The position numbers and the translations under genes are program-made. Below, one piece after another: positions 43,637 through 52,339 of a DNA stretch of 64,000 nt. The first letter of the stretch is position 1. Every line of letters begins with the position of its first letter. The stretch is taken from NCBI GenBank assembly GCA_035949755.1, contig DASYYT010000092.1:4619-68618 (forward strand), in the 5' to 3' direction. Below the pieces are notes generated by a model, which saw only the letters and a list, made by a program, of their open reading frames with translations, made no database searches and was not told where the DNA came from. The stretch comes from Candidatus Sulfotelmatobacter sp. (GTDB lineage Bacteria; Acidobacteriota; Terriglobia; Terriglobales; Acidobacteriaceae).

Positions 43637-45292
43637 TTACTGGGCAGGACTCAGGGCGGCTTGCACTGTCGCGGGCGGGAGTTCGTCGCCGCGGAAATAC
43701 CGGGCATTCCCCTTCGATCCCTCCTTAAAGTTCGCCGTTTTCATTTCCGGCATCGCGGTAAAGGGCTTGGAGTAGTCGTTGGCGGCGTTCCAGAACAAAA
43801 ATCCGATGCCCCCTCTCGCTTTGGCGGTTTCTACCTGAATCTTTATGTATTCGGGGGAATAGGTTTTCGTGCGCCAATGGAAGGCCTGCAGCCACGGGCG
43901 GATGACTACGCCTGAGTCCTTGGTGATCAGCTCGAACCGGTCCATGGACTCGCCGATGAAGTGGGCGGGTTCGTCGCCGGGATGCGGGATGTTGTCCATC
44001 CCGAAGAAGTGCGAGGGGTAGATCATCGGGCTGAGAACGTCGCAGTATCGGGCCATTTGGACGATGTCCTGGCCAGTGTGGTTGAGGTCCACGGGCCGTT
44101 GCCAGGCCATGACTCCAAAGACGTCGAGCGACAGGAGGACTCCCGTGGGGTGGAGCTCGGAGTAGGCCTTCTTGAGGAAGCTGGCGATTACGTCGGAACG
44201 TTGCGGTCCGCGCGGTTTGGCCACCGGGCATGGTCCTTTTTGCAGCTGCCGAGCGGTCCCCGTTGCGCCGGTTGAGGCTTTCTTCCTATGGTGTTCTGGA
44301 ACTGGAACCAGGCACGTCGCCTCAGGGCTCAGGCTTGCTTGGGCGTCGGTTGGGTCCGCTGGTTGATCTTTCTGGAACGCGAACTGCGCGTCTTTTTGGT
44401 CTCCCTCGGCGGGGAACCGGACGTAGTCGAATTGGATTTCGTCGACCCCTAGTTGGGCTACGTGCTTGGCCAGCGCTATGTCATAGTCCTGAACTCTGAG
44501 ATTGGAAGGATCGGTCCAGACCAGTTTGCCGTTTTCGCGCCAGGCGGTGTGGTTCTTGCGAGATTGAACCGCCAGTTCGGGATGCTCGACCACCAGGCGT
44601 TCGTCGCGGAAGATCGCGATCCGGGCGATGGCATGCATGTTCTGCTGGTGCAGGAAATGCACGAATTTCGGCACGTCGTGAATGTAGACGTTGTGCTTGC
44701 CCAGCAGCGGGTGCTCGAACGGAATGTTGACGCTGCCGTCGGAATCCTTGACATCGAACACTACCGCGTTGCCCCCGACTTCACGCCAGTGCCGGATAAT
44801 GCGAAGTCCGTGATCGCTGCCGGCCATTAGGCCCGTAAGGTAGACCGCGCGGACTTCAAAGTCCCTGGGGATCGGGATCGTCTTTTCCGTGATAGGGGCG
44901 GCCAGGATTCCGGGAATGACGATGTTTTCGTTGGCTTTGAGGACGTTCGACGAGTCGGACTTGTGATTGGCCGACCGGATCGCGGCGGCTAGCTCCGAAG
45001 ACGTCAGATATGAGGTCCGGCCAAGATATCGGCGGGCGATGCTGGGAATGGCTTCGCCGCGCTTGGCGGTGTAGATTTCGGTGCCCGGGGCGGCCATGAG
45101 CCCGGGGTCGGGCGTGGTCTTAATTGCTGGGATGCTGGCGCTGGCCGGTTGTAACTGGACGGACGCAGGGGTACCCAGCGCCGGTTTCGCGGTTTGAGCT
45201 TGCGCGGCCGAGTGGGTCGCGACGCGCCACGTTGCGGCGCCAAACACCAACGTCACGATAGCCATAGCAATGCGGGTTGAAGACGTGCGCAA
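43637..45292 (-). CDS. Secreted LysM-like plus TIM-barrel putative glycoside hydrolase (DUF4015/GHL-type)
   Basis: TTG start with SD gggagg and a signal peptide. A LysM-like segment (YTAKRGEAIPSIARRYLG...NIVIPG) is followed by RAVYLTG...GGNAVVFDVKDSDG...VDEIQFDYVRFP, which is typical of the putative-glycosidase family. Confidence 0.6.
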   Translation of the reverse strand: MRTSSTRIAMAIVTLVFGAATWRVATHSAAQAQTAKPALGTPASVQLQPASASIPAIKTTPDPGLMAAPGTEIYTAKRGEAIPSIARRYLGRTSYLTSSELAAAIRSANHKSDSSNVLKANENIVIPGILAAPITEKTIPIPRDFEVRAVYLTGLMAGSDHGLRIIRHWREVGGNAVVFDVKDSDGSVNIPFEHPLLGKHNVYIHDVPKFVHFLHQQNMHAIARIAIFRDERLVVEHPELAVQSRKNHTAWRENGKLVWTDPSNLRVQDYDIALAKHVAQLGVDEIQFDYVRFPAEGDQKDAQFAFQKDQPADPTDAQASLSPEATCLVPVPEHHRKKASTGATGTARQLQKGPCPVAKPRGPQRSDVIASFLKKAYSELHPTGVLLSLDVFGVMAWQRPVDLNHTGQDIVQMARYCDVLSPMIYPSHFFGMDNIPHPGDEPAHFIGESMDRFELITKDSGVVIRPWLQAFHWRTKTYSPEYIKIQVETAKARGGIGFLFWNAANDYSKPFTAMPEMKTANFKEGSKGNARYFRGDELPPATVQAALSPAQ

Positions 45293-45853
45293 AATGCCTC
45301 CCAGGGGAGAAACAGTCCTAAGGTGCGATAGTAGACGGCGTGGTTGTTTGATGCTAGTTACGGGCGGACTACTCTTTTGGATTCAGTCGCGGCACTGAAT
45401 CCCAGTCGGCTGAATGTTGGACATCGGACTCCGGAGTTGGAACTGTAGAGTTTGTAACTGTGCAGGTCTATTCTCTTCGCTGGGCGCTCGCCAGACGGTC
45501 TAATACATCTCACCCTACAGCGGCTCGCGCAGGTAATCCCGTCATCGGGTGACTGGTTACGAGTAGGTTCCTTCCGTGCATGGTGCAAAGCTTTTCCTTT
45601 ATGTTGCCAGGGGATGCTGTGCGGGGCGTGGGGAAACGGGCCGGAGGAAGGCTAAAGGGCCGAATATGCGGGAGTTGCGCGGCCAGACGACTCCGAATGA
45701 GCCGTGGTTAACGGCTTGCTTATTTCATAGGCAACCGGACTGAGCTTTTGGAAGTCACAGTGGTTACCTTTCAGAAGCGGGGGCAAGTTGAACAGTAGGT
45801 CAGACAGTCCGGCGACAAATAACAGAAGAGCCGGGGCAACGGCCGAAAGGGAA

Positions 45854-47047
45854 ATGTCCGGGAGACTGGACAGCGACTTTATGAGAACGAATCTCGCAAC
45901 AGTGCTCGATCCCAACCGACGCAGCAACGATGCCGGAGAATTTGAGGCAGCGCTGCGCCGCCGCATTGTGGGGCAGGACCAGGCGGTAGAGAAGGTCGTC
46001 GAGATCTATCAGATGTTTTTGGCCGGGCTGAACGCTCCGGGGCGTCCGGTGGGCAACCTGCTGTTTCTGGGACCGACCGGGTCGGGCAAAACCAGGGTGG
46101 TCGAGGCCATGGCCGAGGCGCTGTTTGGGGACGCGCGGGCCTGTATCAAGATCGACTGCGCCGAATTCCAGCACTCCCACGAGATTGCCAAGCTGATTGG
46201 CTCCCCCCCGGGCTATCTGGGACATCGCGAGACTCATCCCTTGCTGACCCAGGAGGCTCTGAACCAGTGGTTCACCGAGCGCCTGAAGCTGTCGATTCTG
46301 CTGTTTGACGAGATCGAGAAGGCGTCGGACTCGCTGTGGCAGTTGCTGCTCGGGATCCTGGACAAGGCGACCCTGACTTTGGGCGATAACCGGCGGGTGG
46401 ACCTATCCCAGTGCATCATCATCATGACCTCCAACCTGGGCGCCGGGGAGATGATGAACCTGGTGGATGGCGGCTTCGGATTCGCGCCGAAGGTGGTTGA
46501 GGTCGACGAGTCGTTTGACGACAAGATTCAGCGCACCGCGGTTGAGGCGGCCCGGCGCAAGTTTACGCCGGAGTTCATGAACCGCATCGACAAGACCGTC
46601 GTGTTTAAGACCCTGCGCGAAGAGCACCTCTCGCAGATTCTGGATATTGAGTTGGGTATGGTGCAGCAGCGCGTGCTGATGGCTGCAGGGACGAATCAGT
46701 TCGTCTTCAACTGCACGAGCGCCGTGAAAGAGTATCTGCTGAAAGAAGGAACCGACCCCCGGTACGGGGCGCGGCACCTAAAGCGCGCCATTGAACGCAA
46801 TCTCGTGTTTCCTTTGGCCAACCTCGTGGCGACGGGGCAGGTGAAACTAGGAGACTTTGTGCGCATCGACATGGCGTCCGACAGCAAGATGATCTTCGTC
46901 AAGGAAGCGGAGAATGCCATGGGCCCGGTACTGCTGGAGCGCTACGGTGCCGCGCCGGGAAGCCAACCGGCGGCCCGCGCCGCGCGGACTGCGGCCAACA
47001 ATCGCCGTGACTTTGGGGCCAGCCCGTCAGTGGCCGAAAGTAAGTAA
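45854..47047 (+). CDS. Orphan single-domain AAA+ ATPase of the ClpA/ClpB D2 type
   Basis: Motifs are RIVGQDQAVEKV, Walker A GPTGSGKT, Walker B LLFDEIEKA, sensor MTSNLG and the D2-small domain GARHLKRAIERNL. No N-domain, D1 or middle domain is present. ATG 45854 has SD gaaaggga. Confidence 0.75.
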   Translation: MSGRLDSDFMRTNLATVLDPNRRSNDAGEFEAALRRRIVGQDQAVEKVVEIYQMFLAGLNAPGRPVGNLLFLGPTGSGKTRVVEAMAEALFGDARACIKIDCAEFQHSHEIAKLIGSPPGYLGHRETHPLLTQEALNQWFTERLKLSILLFDEIEKASDSLWQLLLGILDKATLTLGDNRRVDLSQCIIIMTSNLGAGEMMNLVDGGFGFAPKVVEVDESFDDKIQRTAVEAARRKFTPEFMNRIDKTVVFKTLREEHLSQILDIELGMVQQRVLMAAGTNQFVFNCTSAVKEYLLKEGTDPRYGARHLKRAIERNLVFPLANLVATGQVKLGDFVRIDMASDSKMIFVKEAENAMGPVLLERYGAAPGSQPAARAARTAANNRRDFGASPSVAESK

Positions 47048-47118
47048 AGCTGCCAGCTATCAGCTGGCAAAAAGTTTTGTAGACCCTCGCTTGACCGCAT
47101 CTCGCGAGCGTTCTCATA

Positions 47119-47148
47119 GGCGCCGGAATGGTTCCGGCGCCTTTTTTC
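47119..47148 (+). terminator. Rho-independent terminator after the AAA+ gene
   Basis: Sequence GGCGCCGGAatggtTCCGGCGCCtttttt has a 9-bp stem and a T6 run. Confidence 0.8.
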
Positions 47149-47228
47149 TGTGGGGTTCAAGCATATTTTCTGCAACCGGCTCGGGAGCATCCGGGGAGAA
47201 TTCTTCATGCCCGATCGGCAATGCTCAC

Positions 47229-47275
47229 AAAAAAAAGGCCCATTCTTTCCCGGAGGCGCCTGGAAAGAATGGGGG
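47229..47275 (-). terminator. Rho-independent terminator after the PEP-CTERM gene
   Basis: The minus strand reads CCCATTCTTTCCaggcgcctccgGGAAAGAATGGGcctttttttt: a 12-bp stem followed by a T8 run. Confidence 0.8.
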
Positions 47276-47299
47276 CAGGCAAGCGAAGCGCAACGGAGT

Positions 47300-47662
47300 T
47301 CACCCGCTGTGACCAGGAGGTTGGAGCTTGTGTCGAATAATCATTGCGAGCCCGAGCAGTCCGGCTCCGAGCAGGCTAAGCGATCCGGGCTCGGGAACGA
47401 CGAAATTGGCGGCGCCGCTGCGAAGCGGAACCCTGCCGGCGAGCGATCCGATCGCAGCTTTGGGACTGAGCTGAACGGTTGAACTGTAGACGGCAGGTGC
47501 GTTGCCTGGCGTTCCTTCGAGCCCACCCGCGAGACTGTAGTCAACAGTATTCAGAGCGGAGGAAGTGACGGCAAGGGGCGCATTCACATCGGAGATGCTG
47601 TCGGCGCAGAGTGGCAGGGCCAGCAACAGTACTACTGTGGCCACCCAGGGGAGATACTTCAC
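47300..47662 (-). CDS. Small secreted PEP-CTERM sorting-domain protein
   Basis: The C-terminal VPEPGSLSLLGAGLLGLAMIIRHK gives the PEP motif, a TM helix and a basic tail. The N-terminal signal is KYLPWVATVVLLLALPLCA. I chose GTG 47662, which is preceded by ggagga. Confidence 0.75.
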   Translation of the reverse strand: MKYLPWVATVVLLLALPLCADSISDVNAPLAVTSSALNTVDYSLAGGLEGTPGNAPAVYSSTVQLSPKAAIGSLAGRVPLRSGAANFVVPEPGSLSLLGAGLLGLAMIIRHKLQPPGHSG

Positions 47663-47738
47663 TTGTTCCTCCACTACGGGAAATTACCTAAGGTGCAAAA
47701 TCTCACTCCAGAACTTGCACTGAACACACCGGTATAAA

Positions 47739-47754
47739 AGCACGCCTCCTGCCA
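47739..47754 (-). promoter_or_regulatory. Candidate sigma-54 (-24/-12) promoter upstream of the PEP-CTERM gene
   Basis: The minus strand reads TGGCAGgaggcGTGCT, against the consensus TGGCAC-N5-TTGCW with correct GG-N10-GC spacing. It lies about 78 nt upstream of the start. Confidence 0.4.
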
Positions 47755-48188
47755 AAGAATTCATTGCAAACTTGGGCGAATTCAATATTCAAAATTCCCC
47801 CAAAACAGCAGCGCCTGCCAAAGATGTGAAAATTCTTGCGCAGAAATTCCGGACCCGATCTAAGGGGGCCGAGCTGCCGTTGCGGAACGAGCTTAGAAGG
47901 TTGCCGATGATTTTCGCCTTGTCATGGGCTACGTATGCGGCCAAGACGCAGATTGAGAAATACTTTGGGAGGCAGAGGCGAAGAGAGAGAAGCGGCAGAA
48001 AAAGCAATGACCCGTGTGATCATCCGGCGCAGTCGCGCTGGAGTGCCTTCGCCGGAGCAATAGAGACTTAGCATTCATCCCGCCGCCGGTAACTGGCCGG
48101 CCGATCCGAGGCGGTAGACGCCACGCGTCTCCCGCCCCGCCCACCTCTGGCCTGCAGCGGCTATTGCGCCGCTGAGCGGCGAGCGAAC

Positions 48189-50219
48189 TCAGTGGATGCG
48201 TCGCACTCTCGACTGGATATCGTCCACCTCGTACAAAGCTCCGTTGAGCGGATTCAAAGCCAAGTCGATAGGGTCATCGAAATTCGTGCTCAGCGCTGCC
48301 AGTCCGTTGCCGTTGTAGCCGCTATTGCCCGTGCCGGCGTAGGTGCTGATGATGCCCGCGGCTACCTTGCGAATGCGAACGTCTCCCTCATCGACGATAT
48401 AAACGGCGCCTCCGGAGGCTACCAACCCTAGCGTGTAATTGAACTGGGCAGAGGTGGGCGAGCCGCCATCGCCGCAAGCGGAGGTGCTGGTGGCGCACAC
48501 GGTCCCGTTCCCGGCGAACGTGGTGATGGTGCCTGCAGCATTTACCTTTCGAACCCGGTAGTTGGCGCTGTCGGAGATATAGAGGTTTCCGGCAGGATCG
48601 AAAGCAATGCCCCAGGGGGAATTCAAGAATGCGGTGGTCGCCGGGATATGGTCGCCATTGTATCCGCAACTGAAAGGTATTCCGGCGACGGCCGTGGCGG
48701 CACCGGCGGAATCAAGCTTCCAAACCACACACGCGCCCGCATCGGCGACGTAGAGGCTCCCAGACGAATCGAAGGCCATGAAGCCCAGGCCTCCGCCGAA
48801 GTTAAGATCGGCGGAAAAGGTGGTAATGATGCCCGAGCCGGCAGCCACCTCACGAATGACATTGTTGCCCTGGTCGGCGATGAACAGATTGCCGGAGGAG
48901 TCGACGATCACCGCTTGTGGAAACCACAGCTGGGCGGTGGTGGCAAGGCCGCCATCGCCAGAGTATCCACTGATTCCGGTTCCGACGACGGTGGTGATTT
49001 TTCCCGTAGTATCGACTTTGCGCACGCGGTGTCCGCCATATTCGGCGACATAAAGGTTGCCCGACTTATCAAAGGCGACGCCTTGCGGGAGGTCCATGGC
49101 CGCAGCGGTGGCGGCCTTACCGTCGCCGATGAATCCTCCGGCAACCGTGGTTACGACGCCGGCGCTGAGCTTGCGAACGCGGATATTGCCCGTATCGACA
49201 ACCAACATCGAGGTGCTGGAGAGAGAAGCCATGGCGGCAGGCAAATAGAGTTGCGTGGAAAGCGGCGCGTGGTGATCGCCGTCATAGCCGGAGGTGGAAC
49301 CGATAAAGGTGTTGATGATTCCGGTGGAAAGGACCACGTTGCGCACGCGGCTCTGTCCGGCATTCGAGATGTAGAGAATCCCTGCGCGGACGGCGACCCC
49401 TTTGGGATTGCCGATAGCAGCCGAGGTGGCCTGCCCACCGTCGCCACTGAATCCGCCTTGGCCGTTACCGGCGACCGTAGAGATGATGCCGCCCGAATTT
49501 ACTTTTCGCACACGACGATTCAGGCCATCGGCGATGTAGAGGTTGCCTGAACCGTCGGTGGCGAGCCCACGGGGCGCGTTCAGGCAGGCACTGGTGGCGG
49601 GCCCGCCGTCGCCACAGAATGCGGCCGTACCATTTCCAGCGAAGGTAGTGATGGTGCCGGTGGTGTCAACCTTGCGAATCACCTCATTGCCGCGGTCGGA
49701 AATATAAAGATTTCCGGCTGCGTCGTAGGCCACGCCCCAGGGAGTCTTCAGGCTTGCGCTAGTGGCGGGCCCGCCATCACCGCTGTATCCGGCAGTGCCG
49801 TTGCCGGCGATGGTGGAGATGATTCCAGCGGTAGTAATCTTTCGGACGCGGTTGTTGAGGGCATCGGCGAATACCAAATCGCCGGCGGCATCGCGAGTGA
49901 TGCTAAGGGGGCTATTTATCTGGGCAGAGGTTGCCGGTCCGCCGTCTCCGCTGAAACCGGCAATGCCGGTTCCGGCGTAAGTGCTGATGACTCCGGCGCT
50001 GGTGATCTTGCGGATTCGTTGCCCGCCCTCGTCGGTAACGTAAGTGTTGCCTGAGCGATCTTGCACCATGCCGACAGGAAACTGAAAACTAGCGCTGGTG
50101 GCAGCGCCGCCGTCGCCTACAAACCCGCCGGCAACGGTCGTGACTTTTTGCGCAAGGCTGGCTGGGGCCAGAGCGAAGGACAACAAAAAAACAATGTGAA
50201 TACGAGCGCGAAGCTTCAT
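48189..50219 (-). CDS. Secreted NHL-repeat (six-bladed-propeller type) protein, about 12 repeats
   Basis: ATG 50219 with SD ggggag and a signal peptide. It carries reiterated GDGGPATSA.LN.P.G.A.D..GNLYI.D..N.R.RKV units. Confidence 0.8.
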   Translation of the reverse strand: MKLRARIHIVFLLSFALAPASLAQKVTTVAGGFVGDGGAATSASFQFPVGMVQDRSGNTYVTDEGGQRIRKITSAGVISTYAGTGIAGFSGDGGPATSAQINSPLSITRDAAGDLVFADALNNRVRKITTAGIISTIAGNGTAGYSGDGGPATSASLKTPWGVAYDAAGNLYISDRGNEVIRKVDTTGTITTFAGNGTAAFCGDGGPATSACLNAPRGLATDGSGNLYIADGLNRRVRKVNSGGIISTVAGNGQGGFSGDGGQATSAAIGNPKGVAVRAGILYISNAGQSRVRNVVLSTGIINTFIGSTSGYDGDHHAPLSTQLYLPAAMASLSSTSMLVVDTGNIRVRKLSAGVVTTVAGGFIGDGKAATAAAMDLPQGVAFDKSGNLYVAEYGGHRVRKVDTTGKITTVVGTGISGYSGDGGLATTAQLWFPQAVIVDSSGNLFIADQGNNVIREVAAGSGIITTFSADLNFGGGLGFMAFDSSGSLYVADAGACVVWKLDSAGAATAVAGIPFSCGYNGDHIPATTAFLNSPWGIAFDPAGNLYISDSANYRVRKVNAAGTITTFAGNGTVCATSTSACGDGGSPTSAQFNYTLGLVASGGAVYIVDEGDVRIRKVAAGIISTYAGTGNSGYNGNGLAALSTNFDDPIDLALNPLNGALYEVDDIQSRVRRIH

Positions 50220-50288
50220 TCGATACACTCCCCATTTTCGAATTGAGACCGAGAAACGAACTCCCGAATCAACAAGACAATACGAAGC

Positions 50289-50304
50289 AGCTGTTTTTAT
50301 GCCA
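50289..50304 (-). promoter_or_regulatory. Weak candidate sigma-54 promoter upstream of the NHL-repeat gene
   Basis: The minus strand reads TGGCATaaaaaCAGCT. The GG-N10-GC spacing is right but the -12 element is poor. It lies about 70 nt upstream of ATG 50219. Confidence 0.25.
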
Positions 50305-50473
50305 GAAGCTTATGGAGAGCCCGAATCCGTCGCCCTGGGAGCTAGCGGATTAAGGAAAAAATCGTCCGTGAGTTTGCCGTGACTTGACCGGGCGTGTCAA
50401 TAGGCAAATTTTTGCACTGTCAAATTCTTGCGTTGTCAGAGCGACGAATGGACTACTCCTCCGAAAACCAATT

Positions 50474-51643
50474 TCAAGGAAGCTGCCTAAGGAACGCGCT
50501 CGCGACTCCGGTTGGTTGAAAATGACTGTTCGAAGCGGGGGGATTGGCGATGTCGGAATCGGAGTCGGCGGTGCGGCGCAGGACGGGGCCTTTATTGTCC
50601 TCATCGCCGGAGCGATGGTGGAGGATGGGAGTTTGGGCCGCCAACAGATGAGCTTTCACTTCGTCAAACTCGTCGGTGTCGAGGATGTAGTCTTTGCGCG
50701 TGGGCAGGTATGTGGAGATTTCCGACTGCAGGCGCTCGATCCGTTCTTCGGTCAGCGGATAGCTGGCGAAGCTGCGGGCAATCTTGCCGTGGAAGGGAAC
50801 TTTAGACGCGAGATGATAGCCCGGAACCTTGGCGAAGTCTTGACTCCTCCTTAGCTCGATGGCGTGCAGTTTTTCAAGAGCGCCCAGGAAGGCTTGGGGA
50901 TCGTAGCCGCAGGCGTAGGCATACTCGATGGCGAGCAGGTCGGCTTCGTACTCGGCGTCTCGATCGAACTTTTTCACGGAGAGCGGACCGGCCACGCCAC
51001 CGGCGTTTTCCACCGCCATGCCCGCAGGACCGGCAATCAAGGCCATCGATCCGAGAATACTCGTCATGTCCCTGCGCGTGAGCGCGCGCGTGGCGTGGCG
51101 GGCGGCCACGTGCGCGATCTCGTGGGCCATCACCGTCGCCAGTTCAGCTTCACCGTCAGAGGCGAGAATGAGCGCGCTATCGACGTAAAGGAAGCCGCCG
51201 GGAAGTCCGTACGCGCGCGGCATATCGCCGGCGTCGATCACTTTCACGGTGAAGGGCACCACCGCGTCGGAGTTGCGCACGATCCGCTGGGCTATACGAT
51301 TGACGTACTCGTTGACCATGGGATCGGTGATCAGCTTGGTAGTGCGGTCGAAGGCTGCCGCCATATTGAGGCCGAGCTGGTGTTCGCGCTTCAGTGAATA
51401 AATGTTGAAGCCGCGACCGATGCCGCGCGACCCGATACGCTCGATGTCATACTTCTCGGCGTTTTTCGGGGAGACGACATCTTTGTCCTTATCCTGCTTT
51501 TGCGATTCCGCGGGCCGATCGGTGTGAGGAACGTCTTTGCTTTTGGCGGCAGCAGGAGCGGCAAGGAGCGCGCTGACGATGCACAACAGGGAGCAACCGC
51601 ATGCTCGTGGAAGGGGAGCGGACGACAGAACCGGGAAACGCAT
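50474..51643 (-). CDS. M48-family zinc metallopeptidase, secreted/periplasmic
   Basis: HEIAHVAARH zinc motif, a signal peptide, and 389 aa. Confidence 0.8.
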   Translation of the reverse strand: MRFPVLSSAPLPRACGCSLLCIVSALLAAPAAAKSKDVPHTDRPAESQKQDKDKDVVSPKNAEKYDIERIGSRGIGRGFNIYSLKREHQLGLNMAAAFDRTTKLITDPMVNEYVNRIAQRIVRNSDAVVPFTVKVIDAGDMPRAYGLPGGFLYVDSALILASDGEAELATVMAHEIAHVAARHATRALTRRDMTSILGSMALIAGPAGMAVENAGGVAGPLSVKKFDRDAEYEADLLAIEYAYACGYDPQAFLGALEKLHAIELRRSQDFAKVPGYHLASKVPFHGKIARSFASYPLTEERIERLQSEISTYLPTRKDYILDTDEFDEVKAHLLAAQTPILHHRSGDEDNKGPVLRRTADSDSDIANPPASNSHFQPTGVASAFLRQLP

Positions 51644-52009
51644 GGCCCACCACCAAACTAAGTGGCGGCCATTCTATAACGGAGTTGAGCGGAAGGTAAG
51701 GGGAAAAAAGAAAGATATTGTGCGGGGTCGAAAGGCTCCAAACCCGGCTCTGGGCGCCGCCTTTGGCCCGGATGACAGATTTTTGCACAAGCCCAAAGCC
51801 ATGGCGCTCAGCAGTTTGGAGGGTCACTACCCGAAGGTGACCGACGTGCATTGCAGCCGCGATCTGAAACTCCTAATCTTCATGACGTGCCACGCAACCT
51901 CATTCCGCACGCCCCCCACACGCAGCACACCCATCACACATCCCACACACCTCCACGGCCGGGCGGCACTGCAACCCGCAGCGCCATCAGCAAGCGGCGC
52001 AGTAATCGC

Positions 52010-52297
52010 ATGGCCTTGCATGCTGCAGTTGCGCTGTCGGGCGAAGACCGTCGGAAGATGACTTTCAATGTGCAGGCCAAGGCGACGCATCTCAATAAGC
52101 ATGGAGCCGCCATCCAATTGCGCAAGGAATTGGTGGTCGGTTCGACGGTCGTCATCAAGCACCCCCAGGGAATGCAGACCGCGGCTCGAGTGGTGACTCA
52201 GATTGCGGCAGTCGAGGGACTCTGCACCTACGGCGTGGAGTTCGCCGATCAGGAGAAGGCGAAGAATTTTTGGGGAATTAGCTTTCCAACCGCGTAG
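52010..52297 (+). CDS. Small PilZ-like protein (tentative)
   Basis: About 95 aa from ATG 52010. EDRRKMTF may be an RxxxR-like motif, followed by a beta-rich segment (GSTVVIKHPQGMQTAARVV). The assignment is tentative. Confidence 0.4.
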   Translation: MALHAAVALSGEDRRKMTFNVQAKATHLNKHGAAIQLRKELVVGSTVVIKHPQGMQTAARVVTQIAAVEGLCTYGVEFADQEKAKNFWGISFPTA

Positions 52298-52339
52298 CAC
52301 CCTGCCTCATCCCATCGCTCAGTGCCCATCGCCCATCGG

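Noticed and set aside
47772-48071. 99-aa plus-strand ORF in the long spacer between the PEP-CTERM and NHL genes.
   Set aside because: It has no SD and a basic, low-complexity product with no motif. The region is better explained as promoter or regulatory DNA for the flanking minus-strand genes.
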